Source: Candidatus Doudnabacteria bacterium
GTDB taxonomy: Bacteria; Patescibacteriota; Doudnabacteria; UBA920
Assembly (NCBI GenBank): GCA_963788395.1
Contig: CAWBGV010000024.1
Location: 1 to 53,627, forward strand
DNA: 53,627 bases
Reading direction: 5' to 3'
The translations under genes were made by a program, and so were the position numbers. Under the pieces are notes generated by a model, which saw only the letters and a list, made by a program, of their open reading frames with translations, made no database searches and was not told where the DNA came from. Position 1 is the stretch's first letter, and each line of letters opens with the position of its first letter. Shown one piece after another: positions 1-8,871 of the stretch.

Positions 1-878
1 CCAGACTAATGATGCAGCGTGTCGGCGAATGCAGCGAAGGTATCAACCGCCTGCACAATCTCAGCAAGCAGCGGCCGGAAATTGTTGACGGCCCCGAAGT
101 TCGGCACGATCTTGAAATCCCTGAACACCTGACTGTCCAATTCCGCGGTGTCACTTTCTGCTATCCTGGCCACGCCAAGGAGGCAGTCCGTAACATGAGC
201 TTGATGATCAACGACGGCGAGGAGGTTGCTGTTGTTGGACCGTCTGGCTCCGGCAAGACCACTTTAAGAAGATTGCTGATCCGGTTATTTGGAGTCACGG
301 ATGGCGAAATTCTCATTGGCGGTATACCTATCAAGCAGTGGCCATTGGAAAAGCTTCGATCATTGTTTGCTTACGTGCCACAGGGAGACGAGGTGTTTAT
401 ATTCGATAGCGATATCGAGCAAAACATTCGATTCTCACAGCAGGAGGCGACAGATCAAGAGGTGACCAAAGCAGCCAGGCAAGCCGGGCTTCAGCAGTTC
501 ATTGAATCCCTGCCCGATGGTTTTAAGACCAAAGTCGGCGAGAAAGGAATGAAGCTGTCGGGCGGCCAAAAGCAGCGCATGGCTTTGGCCCGCGCCATTG
601 TCAGCGGCCGCAGGTTCCTGATTCTGGATGAGGCAACCAGTTCCGTAGACGCCTTAACCGAACAGGACATTCAGCACGAACTTAAGGAAGTGCTGAGAGG
701 GGTTACATCAATCGTGATTGCCCACCGGATGCCTACCATTTGGGGCGCGGACAAAATCGTGGTCATGAACAACGGCTGTAAGGAAACCGAAGGGACACAC
801 CACGATCTCATGACTGACACCGATGGAATCTACCACCGAATGGTCAGCTTGAAAACGACTCACAATCATTTAGTCTAG
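1..878 (+). CDS. ABC exporter (ABCB/MsbA-like), C-terminal nucleotide-binding part; 5' end outside window
   Basis: Walker A GPSGSGKT, signature LSGGQKQR, Walker B LILDEATS, H-loop IAHR. Confidence 0.92.
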   Translation, partial: RLMMQRVGECSEGINRLHNLSKQRPEIVDGPEVRHDLEIPEHLTVQFRGVTFCYPGHAKEAVRNMSLMINDGEEVAVVGPSGSGKTTLRRLLIRLFGVTDGEILIGGIPIKQWPLEKLRSLFAYVPQGDEVFIFDSDIEQNIRFSQQEATDQEVTKAARQAGLQQFIESLPDGFKTKVGEKGMKLSGGQKQRMALARAIVSGRRFLILDEATSSVDALTEQDIQHELKEVLRGVTSIVIAHRMPTIWGADKIVVMNNGCKETEGTHHDLMTDTDGIYHRMVSLKTTHNHLV

Positions 879-901
879 GCTTAACGTATTTTACGTTGCC
901 G

Positions 902-930
902 GGCGGCTCTGCACAAGGAGCCGCCTTTTT
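902..930 (+). terminator. Intrinsic terminator
   Basis: GGCGGCTC-N8-GAGCCGCC followed by TTTTT just after the ABC gene. Confidence 0.8.
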
Positions 931-1253
931 CGATTTGACAGCTTTCTAACCGCAAGGTAACATACGCCAAATTGCATAGATTATAACCCTTGTTAAGGCT
1001 TGCAGGCACAAGGCGTTGCAATATTGGTGTTTTTCGTTATAATACGAGAAATCCACTTTTTGAAACCTATCAGCGCAAGCTGGGGAGTAAAAGAGTGGAT
1101 TTTTCGTTTAGGAACTCCGCACACCGAACTCACCACAAGTGGCTTAAAAATGAATTTGTTAACCTCGGGTCGTGAGGTAGAAAATTTTATTTTTCTTTTA
1201 AGCCTGTGGATAAAGATGTGCTAATTTTAGGAACCTCTAATAAATTTAAAGCC

Positions 1254-1282
1254 TTGTTTCTTAGTGAACGTTCGTTCATAAT
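1254..1282 (+). promoter_or_regulatory. Putative integrase promoter with palindromic operator in the spacer
   Basis: TTGTTT-N17-CATAAT; TGAAC-GTTC-GTTCA at 1265-1278. Confidence 0.45.
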
Positions 1283-1288
1283 AGATTC

Positions 1289-2468
1289 ATGACTCCTCAA
1301 CAAACAGATGAGCCAAATTCAAATAGACAGTTTACGAAAACCCCATCAAGGTCTTTCGTTGCAGAAACTTTTGGAAGGATATATTCGATGTCCAAGCCTA
1401 CAAAAACTTTCAGCGAGGCCGGCCAAGAGTTTCTCTATTGGTGCCAATATGGCAGATCCGAAGCCATTGCCAAAACCACGCTCAAAACTTATACCAGAAC
1501 ATTGGAACTTATTGCCAAGCATTTTGGGAGATGTCCCAGTTACCGAGGTTACGCTCGAGCATGTCCTGAATTTAAAAAAGGATTTTTTGGATCGGGGTGC
1601 TAAGCCGGGTTATTTGAATAAGGTGGTGATGCTGGTTCGGTCGGTTATAAAACACGCAGCAGAAAAAATGCATTTACCAGTTATGCCTTGGCGCGAGATT
1701 GAGCTGCCAAGAAAGCCACGGCCGGAAGTGAGGTATTTAAGACAGAGCGAATTGGATAGGGCGATGTCTTTCATTCATACCGACACTTTGCAAGGCATCC
1801 GCTTTAAAGCCGTGTTTACGGCCATGCTGGACACGGGCATGCGTATTTCCGAGGTTTTGTCGCTAAACAGGGATTCTATTGAATGGGGCGACAAGTCAGC
1901 ATATATTATTGGTAAGGGTAACAAAAAACGAAAGGTGCTATTTCAGGACTGGTCATTGTGGTGGATCCAACAATATTTACCTAACCGAAAGGATAAGCAT
2001 GAGGCTATGTTCGTTTCTCACCAAAGCGGCTATCCCATAGCGCGACTTCAAACCAATGATGTGCAGCGGGTATTCCGGAGAATTGCCCTCAAGGCAGGTT
2101 TGGAAAAATTCACGCCACACACGGCCAGAAAAACAGCGGGATCAACCATGTGGAATAACGGGGCAGATATTCAGGACGTGCAGGTATTTTTAGGCCACGA
2201 AAAATTGCAAACTACTCAAATTTACATTGGAAAAAATTATGACCGTGTCCGGGAGGCGCAAAGCCGGACCTTACAGTATCGAGCTGTGGATGTGGGGGTT
2301 ACAGCAGTCATCAGGTGGGCAAAGGGCTATGACAAATGCGGAAACTGCGGCAAAACCGATAAGCCCCATGGCGCAAAAGGTTATTGCATTAATTGCTACA
2401 TGAATTTAAAGAATGCGCGAATACGGGCAGAACAGTCGCAAACCGTCGAGAAACCGGTGCCAATTTAG
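1289..2468 (+). CDS. Tyrosine recombinase/integrase with C-terminal Cys/His zinc-finger-like tail; one frameshift near 1525
   Basis: Catalytic motifs GMRISE, IGKGNK, HTARK, LGH, TQIY. N-terminal core-binding part is in the 1289-1603 frame (..TYTRTLELIAKHFG) and joins the 1308-2468 frame at a G run. Confidence 0.9.
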
Positions 2469-2505
2469 ACTTGCATTTGTATACCGGTTATGTTAATATG
2501 GATGT

Positions 2506-2694
2506 ATGCACAAGCAAAAGCTTAGTCGGAATATGGCAGTGGTGCTGTTAAGGAAGGCTGATCCAAAAGTCTTCACTTTTGACGAATTAGCCCAATTATT
2601 TGAGGTTCAGAAGCATGTGGTGCATAAAGTGTTTCTGCGTGATAAAGATAAATATAACTTGCCAAACGAAAGTCTAGTAAATTCAAAGGTTTGA
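2506..2694 (+). CDS. Small putative helix-turn-helix protein (possible regulator or directionality factor)
   Basis: 62 aa, FTFDELAQLFEVQKHVVHKVFLR HTH-like pattern, directly after integrase. Confidence 0.5.
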   Translation: MHKQKLSRNMAVVLLRKADPKVFTFDELAQLFEVQKHVVHKVFLRDKDKYNLPNESLVNSKV

Positions 2695-2808
2695 TAAGTT
2701 CAGTAAATCTTGTATACCCTTCAAATCAAAATTTGGCAAAGTTCTTTAAAAAATTGGTGTTTATATAAAAGTAGTAAAGAAAATTTTGGCTCAATGATTG
2801 ATGCTTTA

Positions 2809-3150
2809 TCACACTGGGCTGAGTTCGATCCCCGCCCATCCCACCAAGATATTACAGAGAGGTTCTTTTCCAACTTTTTGCAAAGCCTCCTGCAGGTAAA
2901 ACCATTGATTCTGTGGGACAAACTGCAGTTCACGGTTTTTTAAAAACAGGTTCAAGCCGAAGATTTTTTGGGCAAAGGATTTTTTGTGCGTTAGGTCGGG
3001 TGAAAGCGTTATTTCGCCCAGCGTTTGCGCCTCTTCCAGCCACTGCCGGTAGGGTTCGAGCCAAGCTTTCTGGTTATGTTCAAGACGGGCAATTTGCTCT
3101 TGGAGTGTCTTCTTCTCCGAGGTCAGGTTATTCTTCTCATCCTTGAACGG
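2809..3150 (-). pseudogene. C-terminal remnant of a large serine recombinase reading into the tRNA fragment
   Basis: Start-less open frame FKDEKNNLTSEKKTLQEQIARLEHNQKAWLEPYRQWLEEAQTLGEITLSPDLTHKKSFAQKIFGLNLFLKNRE...LVGWAGIEL; resembles tails of CPR tRNA-adjacent recombinases (recognised from memory). Confidence 0.7.
2821..2846 (+). other. tRNA 3' fragment (T-loop to CCA, Leu-like); probable attR site
   Basis: GTTCGATC-CCCGC-CCATCCC-A-CCA; upstream bases cannot form the T-stem or 5' half; next to an integrase. Confidence 0.75.
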
Positions 3151-3240
3151 ATGTTTGATAGAATAACATCGGAAAAAGCTAAAGAGTTGGCAAGACCGAT
3201 GTTCGAAGATGCAATCAATAAATTAATGAGCAGCAAATAA
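3151..3240 (+). pseudogene. C-terminal remnant of a gene (possibly HD-domain) heading the cassette
   Basis: MFDRITSEKAKELARPMFEDAINKL; abuts the recombinase remnant and ends 4 nt before the next gene. Confidence 0.35.
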
Positions 3241-3244
3241 TTAT

Positions 3245-3592
3245 ATGAAACTGACAAGGGAGCAAGCGGTTCCAAAATCTAAACATGGTATTAATTTATG
3301 GGTTTACCAAGTGGACCGACAAGAAGCTGGCCTAGTGTATGTTGAAGTGGAAGAAGGCCATTTTCAAGAATTTTACGACAAAGAGAGCACGTTTATTTAC
3401 TACATCATCGAGGGTGAAGGAACATTTTATTTGAACGGCGAAGCTGTTCCTGTTAAGGCCACAGACGCCATAGTTGCGCCGCCCATGACTAAAATTTATT
3501 ATATTGGCAAAATGAAAATGACATTAGTAACCGCTCCCGCATGGAAGCCGGAAAATGAAGTTCATGTAAGGTATATAGAAAAACCACAATAA
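3245..3592 (+). CDS. Cupin-domain protein
   Basis: YYIIEGEGTFYLNGE...VAPPMTK cupin pattern. Confidence 0.8.
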   Translation: MKLTREQAVPKSKHGINLWVYQVDRQEAGLVYVEVEEGHFQEFYDKESTFIYYIIEGEGTFYLNGEAVPVKATDAIVAPPMTKIYYIGKMKMTLVTAPAWKPENEVHVRYIEKPQ

Positions 3593-3596
3593 TTTT

Positions 3597-4115
3597 ATGA
3601 CCCAAGTAGAAAATGTAAAAGTTAATATTCCTGTAGTATCGGCAATTATTGAAAGACTGCATAAAGGCGAGAAAGAAATATTAGTGCAAACACGTTGGAA
3701 GCCAGAACGAGACCCTATCTATTCTGGCACTTTAGAAATACCAGCAGGGTGGATAGACGAATACGAAAACGTTTATGATGCTTTGAAGCGAGAAGTATTG
3801 GAAGAAACTGGTTTAAAAATAACAAAGATAACCCCTGATATTAAAACTAAAATCCATAGCCCTAAAGATGACGGCTCTTTCGCCTTTGTTCCTTTTTGCT
3901 GCCAACAGCAAATAAAGGGTGGCAAACCCTGGGTCGGCTTTGTATTCCTCTGTGAAGTTGATGATACTGAGCCTATAGCGCAAGCGGAAGAAGTTAAAAA
4001 TATAAAATGGATTAAGAAGGCGGAATTAAAGGATATATTTACTAAAACTCCAGAAAAAATCTTTACCCTACAGTTAGGAGTTCTGGATTATTATTTTAAC
4101 TACAATGAATCTTAA
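3597..4115 (+). CDS. NUDIX hydrolase
   Basis: Nudix box GWIDEYENVYDALKREVLEETGL. Confidence 0.9.
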   Translation: MTQVENVKVNIPVVSAIIERLHKGEKEILVQTRWKPERDPIYSGTLEIPAGWIDEYENVYDALKREVLEETGLKITKITPDIKTKIHSPKDDGSFAFVPFCCQQQIKGGKPWVGFVFLCEVDDTEPIAQAEEVKNIKWIKKAELKDIFTKTPEKIFTLQLGVLDYYFNYNES

Positions 4116-4710
4116 AGACACATATAATAAAATAGCCAAAGATTGGTTTAACGACCACAAGGAGAGTGACTGGTGGAGTGAGATTGCTCTTAAGTTTTTA
4201 GGTTATCTGAAAAAAGGAGATAAAATTTTAGATGTCGGCTGCGGTGCGGGTTTGAAGACTAAGTATCTGATAGAACAGGGCTTTGAGGCTGTGGGTATTG
4301 ATTTTTCCGAAGAGATGGTTAAGCTGGCCAAAAATTACTGCCCCCAAGGGACGTTTTACGTAAAGGATATTAAAGAGCCTTTGAATCTCGGCACATTCGA
4401 CGGCATCTTTGCCCAAGCCGTGCTGTTGCACATTCCAAAGGCAGAAGTAGTGGGGGTGCTTCAAAATTTTTACAACAGCCTGAAGTCCGGTGGCTGCTTA
4501 TATCTGGCCGTTAAAGGGTTAAAGCAGGGCGAGCCAGAAGAACAAATGGTAAAGGAAAATGATTATAATTACGAATACGAAAGATTCTTTAGTTTTTTTA
4601 CTGTGGCAGAAATTAAAAATAATCTTGACCAGTTAGGCATGCAAATCTTGGATGAAACAGTTATCTCCAGGGGCGATACCGACTGGGTTATTGTTATTGC
4701 TAAAAAATAA
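4105..4710 (+). CDS. Class I SAM-dependent methyltransferase
   Basis: ILDVGCGAG motif I, GIDFS, FDGIFAQAVLLH. Confidence 0.9.
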   Translation: MNLKDTYNKIAKDWFNDHKESDWWSEIALKFLGYLKKGDKILDVGCGAGLKTKYLIEQGFEAVGIDFSEEMVKLAKNYCPQGTFYVKDIKEPLNLGTFDGIFAQAVLLHIPKAEVVGVLQNFYNSLKSGGCLYLAVKGLKQGEPEEQMVKENDYNYEYERFFSFFTVAEIKNNLDQLGMQILDETVISRGDTDWVIVIAKK

Positions 4711-4721
4711 GTTTAACAATT

Positions 4722-5084
4722 ATGGACTTTACATCAACCGATTTACCCATAGAGAATGAATACCCCAAGCTCGTCAGGGATAATATTCCGCAGATTATCG
4801 AACAAAAAACTGGCAAGCAGCCGCCCATGCGAATTTTAACAGACGACAACGAATTTAAGGAGTTCCTGCTTAGAAAAGTTGTTGAGGAAGCTATTGAATT
4901 GCAACACTCGGCAGAACACGGAAATCTTGAAGAAGAGTTAGCTGATGTGATGGAATTAGTAGAAAGTATATTGGCATTAAAAGGAATTTCTAAAGAAAAT
5001 TTGGCTGCTATTCAAAAAGAGAAGCGCCAAAAGAATGGTGGATTTGGAAAGCGTATTTTAATGCTTTCAAAAAAATTAGATTAA
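4722..5084 (+). CDS. MazG-like NTP pyrophosphohydrolase
   Basis: YPKLVRDNIP, KVVEEAIE, EELADVME motifs. Confidence 0.85.
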   Translation: MDFTSTDLPIENEYPKLVRDNIPQIIEQKTGKQPPMRILTDDNEFKEFLLRKVVEEAIELQHSAEHGNLEEELADVMELVESILALKGISKENLAAIQKEKRQKNGGFGKRILMLSKKLD

Positions 5085-5090
5085 ATTTTT

Positions 5091-5522
5091 ATGTCGAAAA
5101 ATTCTATTGGGGTAGGCGTAGTCATTGTTGTAAAAAATGACGACAAAATATTGTTTGGAAAACGATTAGTAAAAGTTGGCCACGGACAATGGGGCTTGCC
5201 TGGAGGCCATTTGGAGTTGGGAGAGTCAATGATGGCTGGAGCCAAACGGGAATTATTGGAAGAGACTGGACTTATAGTGGATAATTTGGAATTTATCAAC
5301 ATTACGAATGACCCTCGTTCAGGCGATAAAAATTCAGATGAAGAACATTGGATACATATAGTTTTTTTAGCCAAAGGCGTGCACGGTGAACCTAAAAATA
5401 CCGAACCGGACAAATGCGAGGCTTGGGAATGGTTTAGTATAAACAAACTGCCAGAGCCTATATTTTACGGCCACAAAAAATTAATGGAAGCTGTCTTAAA
5501 AAATCAGCTAATAAGCGACTAA
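5091..5522 (+). CDS. NUDIX hydrolase (NUDT15-like)
   Basis: GGHLELGESMMAGAKRELLEETGL; EPDKCEAWEWF. Confidence 0.9.
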   Translation: MSKNSIGVGVVIVVKNDDKILFGKRLVKVGHGQWGLPGGHLELGESMMAGAKRELLEETGLIVDNLEFINITNDPRSGDKNSDEEHWIHIVFLAKGVHGEPKNTEPDKCEAWEWFSINKLPEPIFYGHKKLMEAVLKNQLISD

Positions 5523-5526
5523 CTTT

Positions 5527-6219
5527 ATGCATGAAGGTTTAGGACGAGAAATTTCAATTGAGGATATTCTACCTCTTAGGACCTGGGAGCGGGAAATGAC
5601 TGATGCTTTAGAAACTATTCCTGAGGAAGTCACAGATCACAAACAATATATTCGGGATCATGCCTTATTTGCCGCACGGTTTATTATCAAAGGCAAGGAC
5701 GAGCAGCTTAATCAGTTAATAGACCGAGCAATGGCACAAGCACCGGAAGGTAATTTGCGCGAGAGTGCCCTGGCTATCGCCCGCAACCTGCACGAGTTTG
5801 TGCAAACGAATTTTTCACCACGGGAGCTAGAGCAGAGTATCCGTGATTACATCCAAAATCGCAGCGACGAAACAATAAACGAGCTTCTGCATTACAGCAT
5901 CAACAAAGACACAGAGCTTTACTTGCACGTCAGCCCTGCTAAAACATTAAGCCTGCAAGAGCAGCTAAAGCTTTTAAGGGAAGGGTTGCCGATTTTGGCA
6001 CAAAAATTGCAGAACGATCCAAAGTTGGCTAAAGTAGAAACCATTGGAGCGGTTTCATGGATTGTTGCCGCCAATCCCGGGCTACTTACTAGAATTGGTT
6101 TTACTTATAAAGGCAACTTGGATGAAAAACGTAAAGCCGAAAGTTTCCCCGGCGATCCAAGTGATATCGGCGAAGCTTACATTTCCCGTGAGGATTTTTT
6201 GAAAAAATATTCAAAATAA
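5527..6219 (+). CDS. Hypothetical protein
   Basis: 230 aa ORF tightly coupled to the cassette. Confidence 0.7.
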   Translation: MHEGLGREISIEDILPLRTWEREMTDALETIPEEVTDHKQYIRDHALFAARFIIKGKDEQLNQLIDRAMAQAPEGNLRESALAIARNLHEFVQTNFSPRELEQSIRDYIQNRSDETINELLHYSINKDTELYLHVSPAKTLSLQEQLKLLREGLPILAQKLQNDPKLAKVETIGAVSWIVAANPGLLTRIGFTYKGNLDEKRKAESFPGDPSDIGEAYISREDFLKKYSK

Positions 6220-6302
6220 CACTTATTGCAAATTTCCACTCCAAAAACGATTTTGACAAAACGTTTAAAAAGTCTACACTTAAGATAATTAACCATAACT
6301 AT

Positions 6303-6719
6303 ATGACCAGTAAACAATACATCCAAAAATATTGGCCGATAATTGTAGTGGTTGTTGTAATCGTAGTAGGCGGTTACATTGCCACGCGGCATGCTAAAAC
6401 TAACAGTACCGCCGATCAAAAAAATAGTGCTCAAAACGGTTCCATGCAGACTGCGCTGACGCAGGGTCATTCAACCATTACTATGGCGCCGGCTAAAGCG
6501 GCCGGCAAAATGATGCCGCCTGCCACCGGCCAAATCTGGCAAGGCACACTGGAACAATCCAATAATCCGGCCAAAGGCAACCTGATGCTGGTCACGCCCG
6601 ACCACACGTTTTATCTCCGCACCAGCCGGGACTTTAGTTCGCTCATTGGCAAAAAAGTCAACGTCAGCTACAGCGGCAGCTTAACCAACTTTAGCCTGAC
6701 CAACATAACCCCACAATAA
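6303..6719 (+). CDS. Hypothetical N-terminally anchored protein
   Basis: N-terminal TM helix; TTGACA/TACACT promoter-like boxes upstream. Confidence 0.7.
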   Translation: MTSKQYIQKYWPIIVVVVVIVVGGYIATRHAKTNSTADQKNSAQNGSMQTALTQGHSTITMAPAKAAGKMMPPATGQIWQGTLEQSNNPAKGNLMLVTPDHTFYLRTSRDFSSLIGKKVNVSYSGSLTNFSLTNITPQ

Positions 6720-6746
6720 TTTCGTCATAAAACCTAACACCCCCCA

Positions 6747-6795
6747 GCATGCTCCATACTTCATGTTGTATGCTTCATGCTTCATACCTCATATT
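6747..6795. repeat. Degenerate 7-bp tandem repeat, 7 units
   Basis: gcatgct ccatact tcatgtt gtatgct tcatgct tcatacc tcatatt. Confidence 0.8.
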
Positions 6796-6800
6796 TTCCC

Positions 6801-7691
6801 ATGCTCCTACAAACCTTTCACGATTTTCCTGACTACGAACTACTAGATACCGGCGCCGGCTATCGCCTGGAGCGCTGGGGCCGGGTTATTTTACAGCGGC
6901 CGGATCCCCAGATTATTTGGCCCAAGTCGCTGCCCGAGAATGCCTGGGAGCAAAACTGGGCCGCATTTCAGAGCGGGTCGGACAATTGGAAAATAAATAA
7001 AATACCTCCCAAACCTTGGCTCATACAATTTCGCGACGTCAAATTTATTTTAAAACTTTCGCCGTTTAAACACACCGGCTTATTTGCCGAACAAGCGGCC
7101 CAGTGGGAATGGATGTTGCATAAAATTTCAAATGACAAATTACCACTATCAAGTAAATCTCAAAATACCAAATTCAAAATCCTAAATTTGTTTGCTTACA
7201 CTGGCGGGGCGACAGTGGTCTTGGCTAAGGCGGGTTGTTTTGTGACCCACGTAGATGCCAGCAAGCCTGCCATTGGCTGGGCCAAAGAAAACCAGGCCTT
7301 AAACCGCCTGCCGGCCGATTCGGTCCGCTGGATACTGGACGATGCCGCCAAATTTGTGCAGCGCGAACTCAAACGCGGCGCTCGCTACGACGGGATTATT
7401 ATGGACCCTCCGGCTTTTGGCCATTCCCCTACCGGCAAGACCTGGAAGTTCAACAAAGACTTACCGCGGCTGCTTTCTGATTGTATTAAACTGCTCTCGG
7501 CCGAAGCCAAATTTCTGGTTATCAACGGCTACGCCACTAACTCTTCGGCGCTGGCTTTAAACAACATTTTAGAGGACGCCACTGCGCCGCTGGGTGGGAC
7601 AGTAGAATTTGGAGAACTCTGCCTAAAACAAAAAACCCATCGAATGATTTCGACTGGAATTTTTGCCAGGTGGCAGCACAGTGTTAAATAA
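6801..7691 (+). CDS. SAM-dependent methyltransferase, RlmI/RlmK-related family
   Basis: DYELLDTG, RLERWG, HTGLFAEQ, LNLFAYTGG, IIMDPPAF. Confidence 0.85.
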   Translation: MLLQTFHDFPDYELLDTGAGYRLERWGRVILQRPDPQIIWPKSLPENAWEQNWAAFQSGSDNWKINKIPPKPWLIQFRDVKFILKLSPFKHTGLFAEQAAQWEWMLHKISNDKLPLSSKSQNTKFKILNLFAYTGGATVVLAKAGCFVTHVDASKPAIGWAKENQALNRLPADSVRWILDDAAKFVQRELKRGARYDGIIMDPPAFGHSPTGKTWKFNKDLPRLLSDCIKLLSAEAKFLVINGYATNSSALALNNILEDATAPLGGTVEFGELCLKQKTHRMISTGIFARWQHSVK

Positions 7692-7756
7692 ACGTTTATT
7701 GTTATCGCCAAAAAAAAATTGTCATTATCCCGAATTGAGATTGCTTCCGCCGGTGA

Positions 7757-8131
7757 CTAGACTTCCAAGTATCCCAGAACCTTTTCCTGCAAATCGTCCA
7801 AATTCAAACTGCCTTTAATCAAATATTCTTTAACGCCCTGGCCGAGCATTAATTTTTTTAGTTCCGGCTTATCTAAATTCGTTAAAATCAGCACCGCTAC
7901 ATTCTGCAGCCGGGGCTGGCTTTTGATATAATCTAAAATTTCCTGGCTGCCGTCATCTTTGGTCAGCAATAAATCGAGCAAGACGACCTCCGGCGTAATT
8001 TTACCCAAAATTTCTATCGCTTCATGGGGAGTACTAGCCGCGTAGACATCCATTTCCCAGGTATCGAACTTTTGACGCAAAGTGTTAAGGATCAGGGTAT
8101 CGTCATCGATAATGAGGATAGTGTGTTTCAT
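7757..8131 (-). CDS. Single-domain response regulator receiver
   Basis: ILIIDDD, VLLDLLL, LTN, YLIK. Confidence 0.9.
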   Translation of the reverse strand: MKHTILIIDDDTLILNTLRQKFDTWEMDVYAASTPHEAIEILGKITPEVVLLDLLLTKDDGSQEILDYIKSQPRLQNVAVLILTNLDKPELKKLMLGQGVKEYLIKGSLNLDDLQEKVLGYLEV

Positions 8132-8134
8132 ATA

Positions 8135-8686
8135 TTAAATTTCGCTTGGGTCCGCCACTCGCTGGCCCAAAATGACCAGGAAGACTAATGGCGCCAGGAG
8201 CCAGACAAAACTAGCAGGATCCTTTATAAATAAAGTCTGGATAAGCGGGCTAAAATTTTGAACCGTGCCTGCGGGCAAATACGTTAAAATAGTATTGATT
8301 AATAACCCAATTTGTAAAAAAGCAAATACCAGTCCAAACACCATGGCCAGGGCCTGCCGACCATCTGCCGATGTCCGAAAAGCGTACCGGCCCAGCATCA
8401 TAAAAACCACTAAAAAAATCAGCACAAAAGCCGCCAACTGCTGAAGCGCGTTTAAAGACGAAGGTAAATTTTTGGTAATCGTGTCGGTTAAAAACGGCGC
8501 CTCTATAACCAGCAGCTTGGAAATGTACAAACTCATCAAGATATTAATAATCCGGCCGCGGCCGGCGGTAAAGGCGTAGAGTACCGAAGCCAGCACCCAT
8601 CCCAATAAGATAAACAGGTCCCAGGATGGCTGGCGCCAGTTGAAATTATGGATAAGTTGAGTAGTTTCACTGACCGGAATATTCAT
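8135..8686 (-). CDS. Multi-pass membrane protein (CvpA-like topology)
   Basis: About five hydrophobic segments in 183 aa. Confidence 0.65.
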   Translation of the reverse strand: MNIPVSETTQLIHNFNWRQPSWDLFILLGWVLASVLYAFTAGRGRIINILMSLYISKLLVIEAPFLTDTITKNLPSSLNALQQLAAFVLIFLVVFMMLGRYAFRTSADGRQALAMVFGLVFAFLQIGLLINTILTYLPAGTVQNFSPLIQTLFIKDPASFVWLLAPLVFLVILGQRVADPSEI

Positions 8687-8790
8687 GGATTGTACTTTGG
8701 TTTCGCTGTATGTTCACTTCAAGTCGCTGAAAGAAGTTTTATGTATTATAGCATGAAGCAGGGTTGGAAGCAAAAAAGCTTAGGATAAAG

Positions 8791-8866
8791 CGCAAAATCC
8801 GAAATCCGAAATAATTAATAAATTAAAATATTAAAATTTGTTTCGTGCTTCGTATTTCGGATTTGC
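8791..8866. repeat. Inverted repeat built from 7-bp units
   Basis: AAATCCGAAATCCGAAAT ... TTTCGTGCTTCGTATTTCGGATTT downstream of dnaJ. Confidence 0.7.
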
Positions 8867-8871
8867 CAATA

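Noticed and set aside
1205-1213. DnaA box TGTGGATAA as a replication origin
   Set aside because: Single isolated box without a cluster or origin-linked genes
2790-2846. Intact tRNA gene
   Set aside because: Only the T-loop to CCA is present; no matching 5' acceptor strand, D arm or anticodon arm
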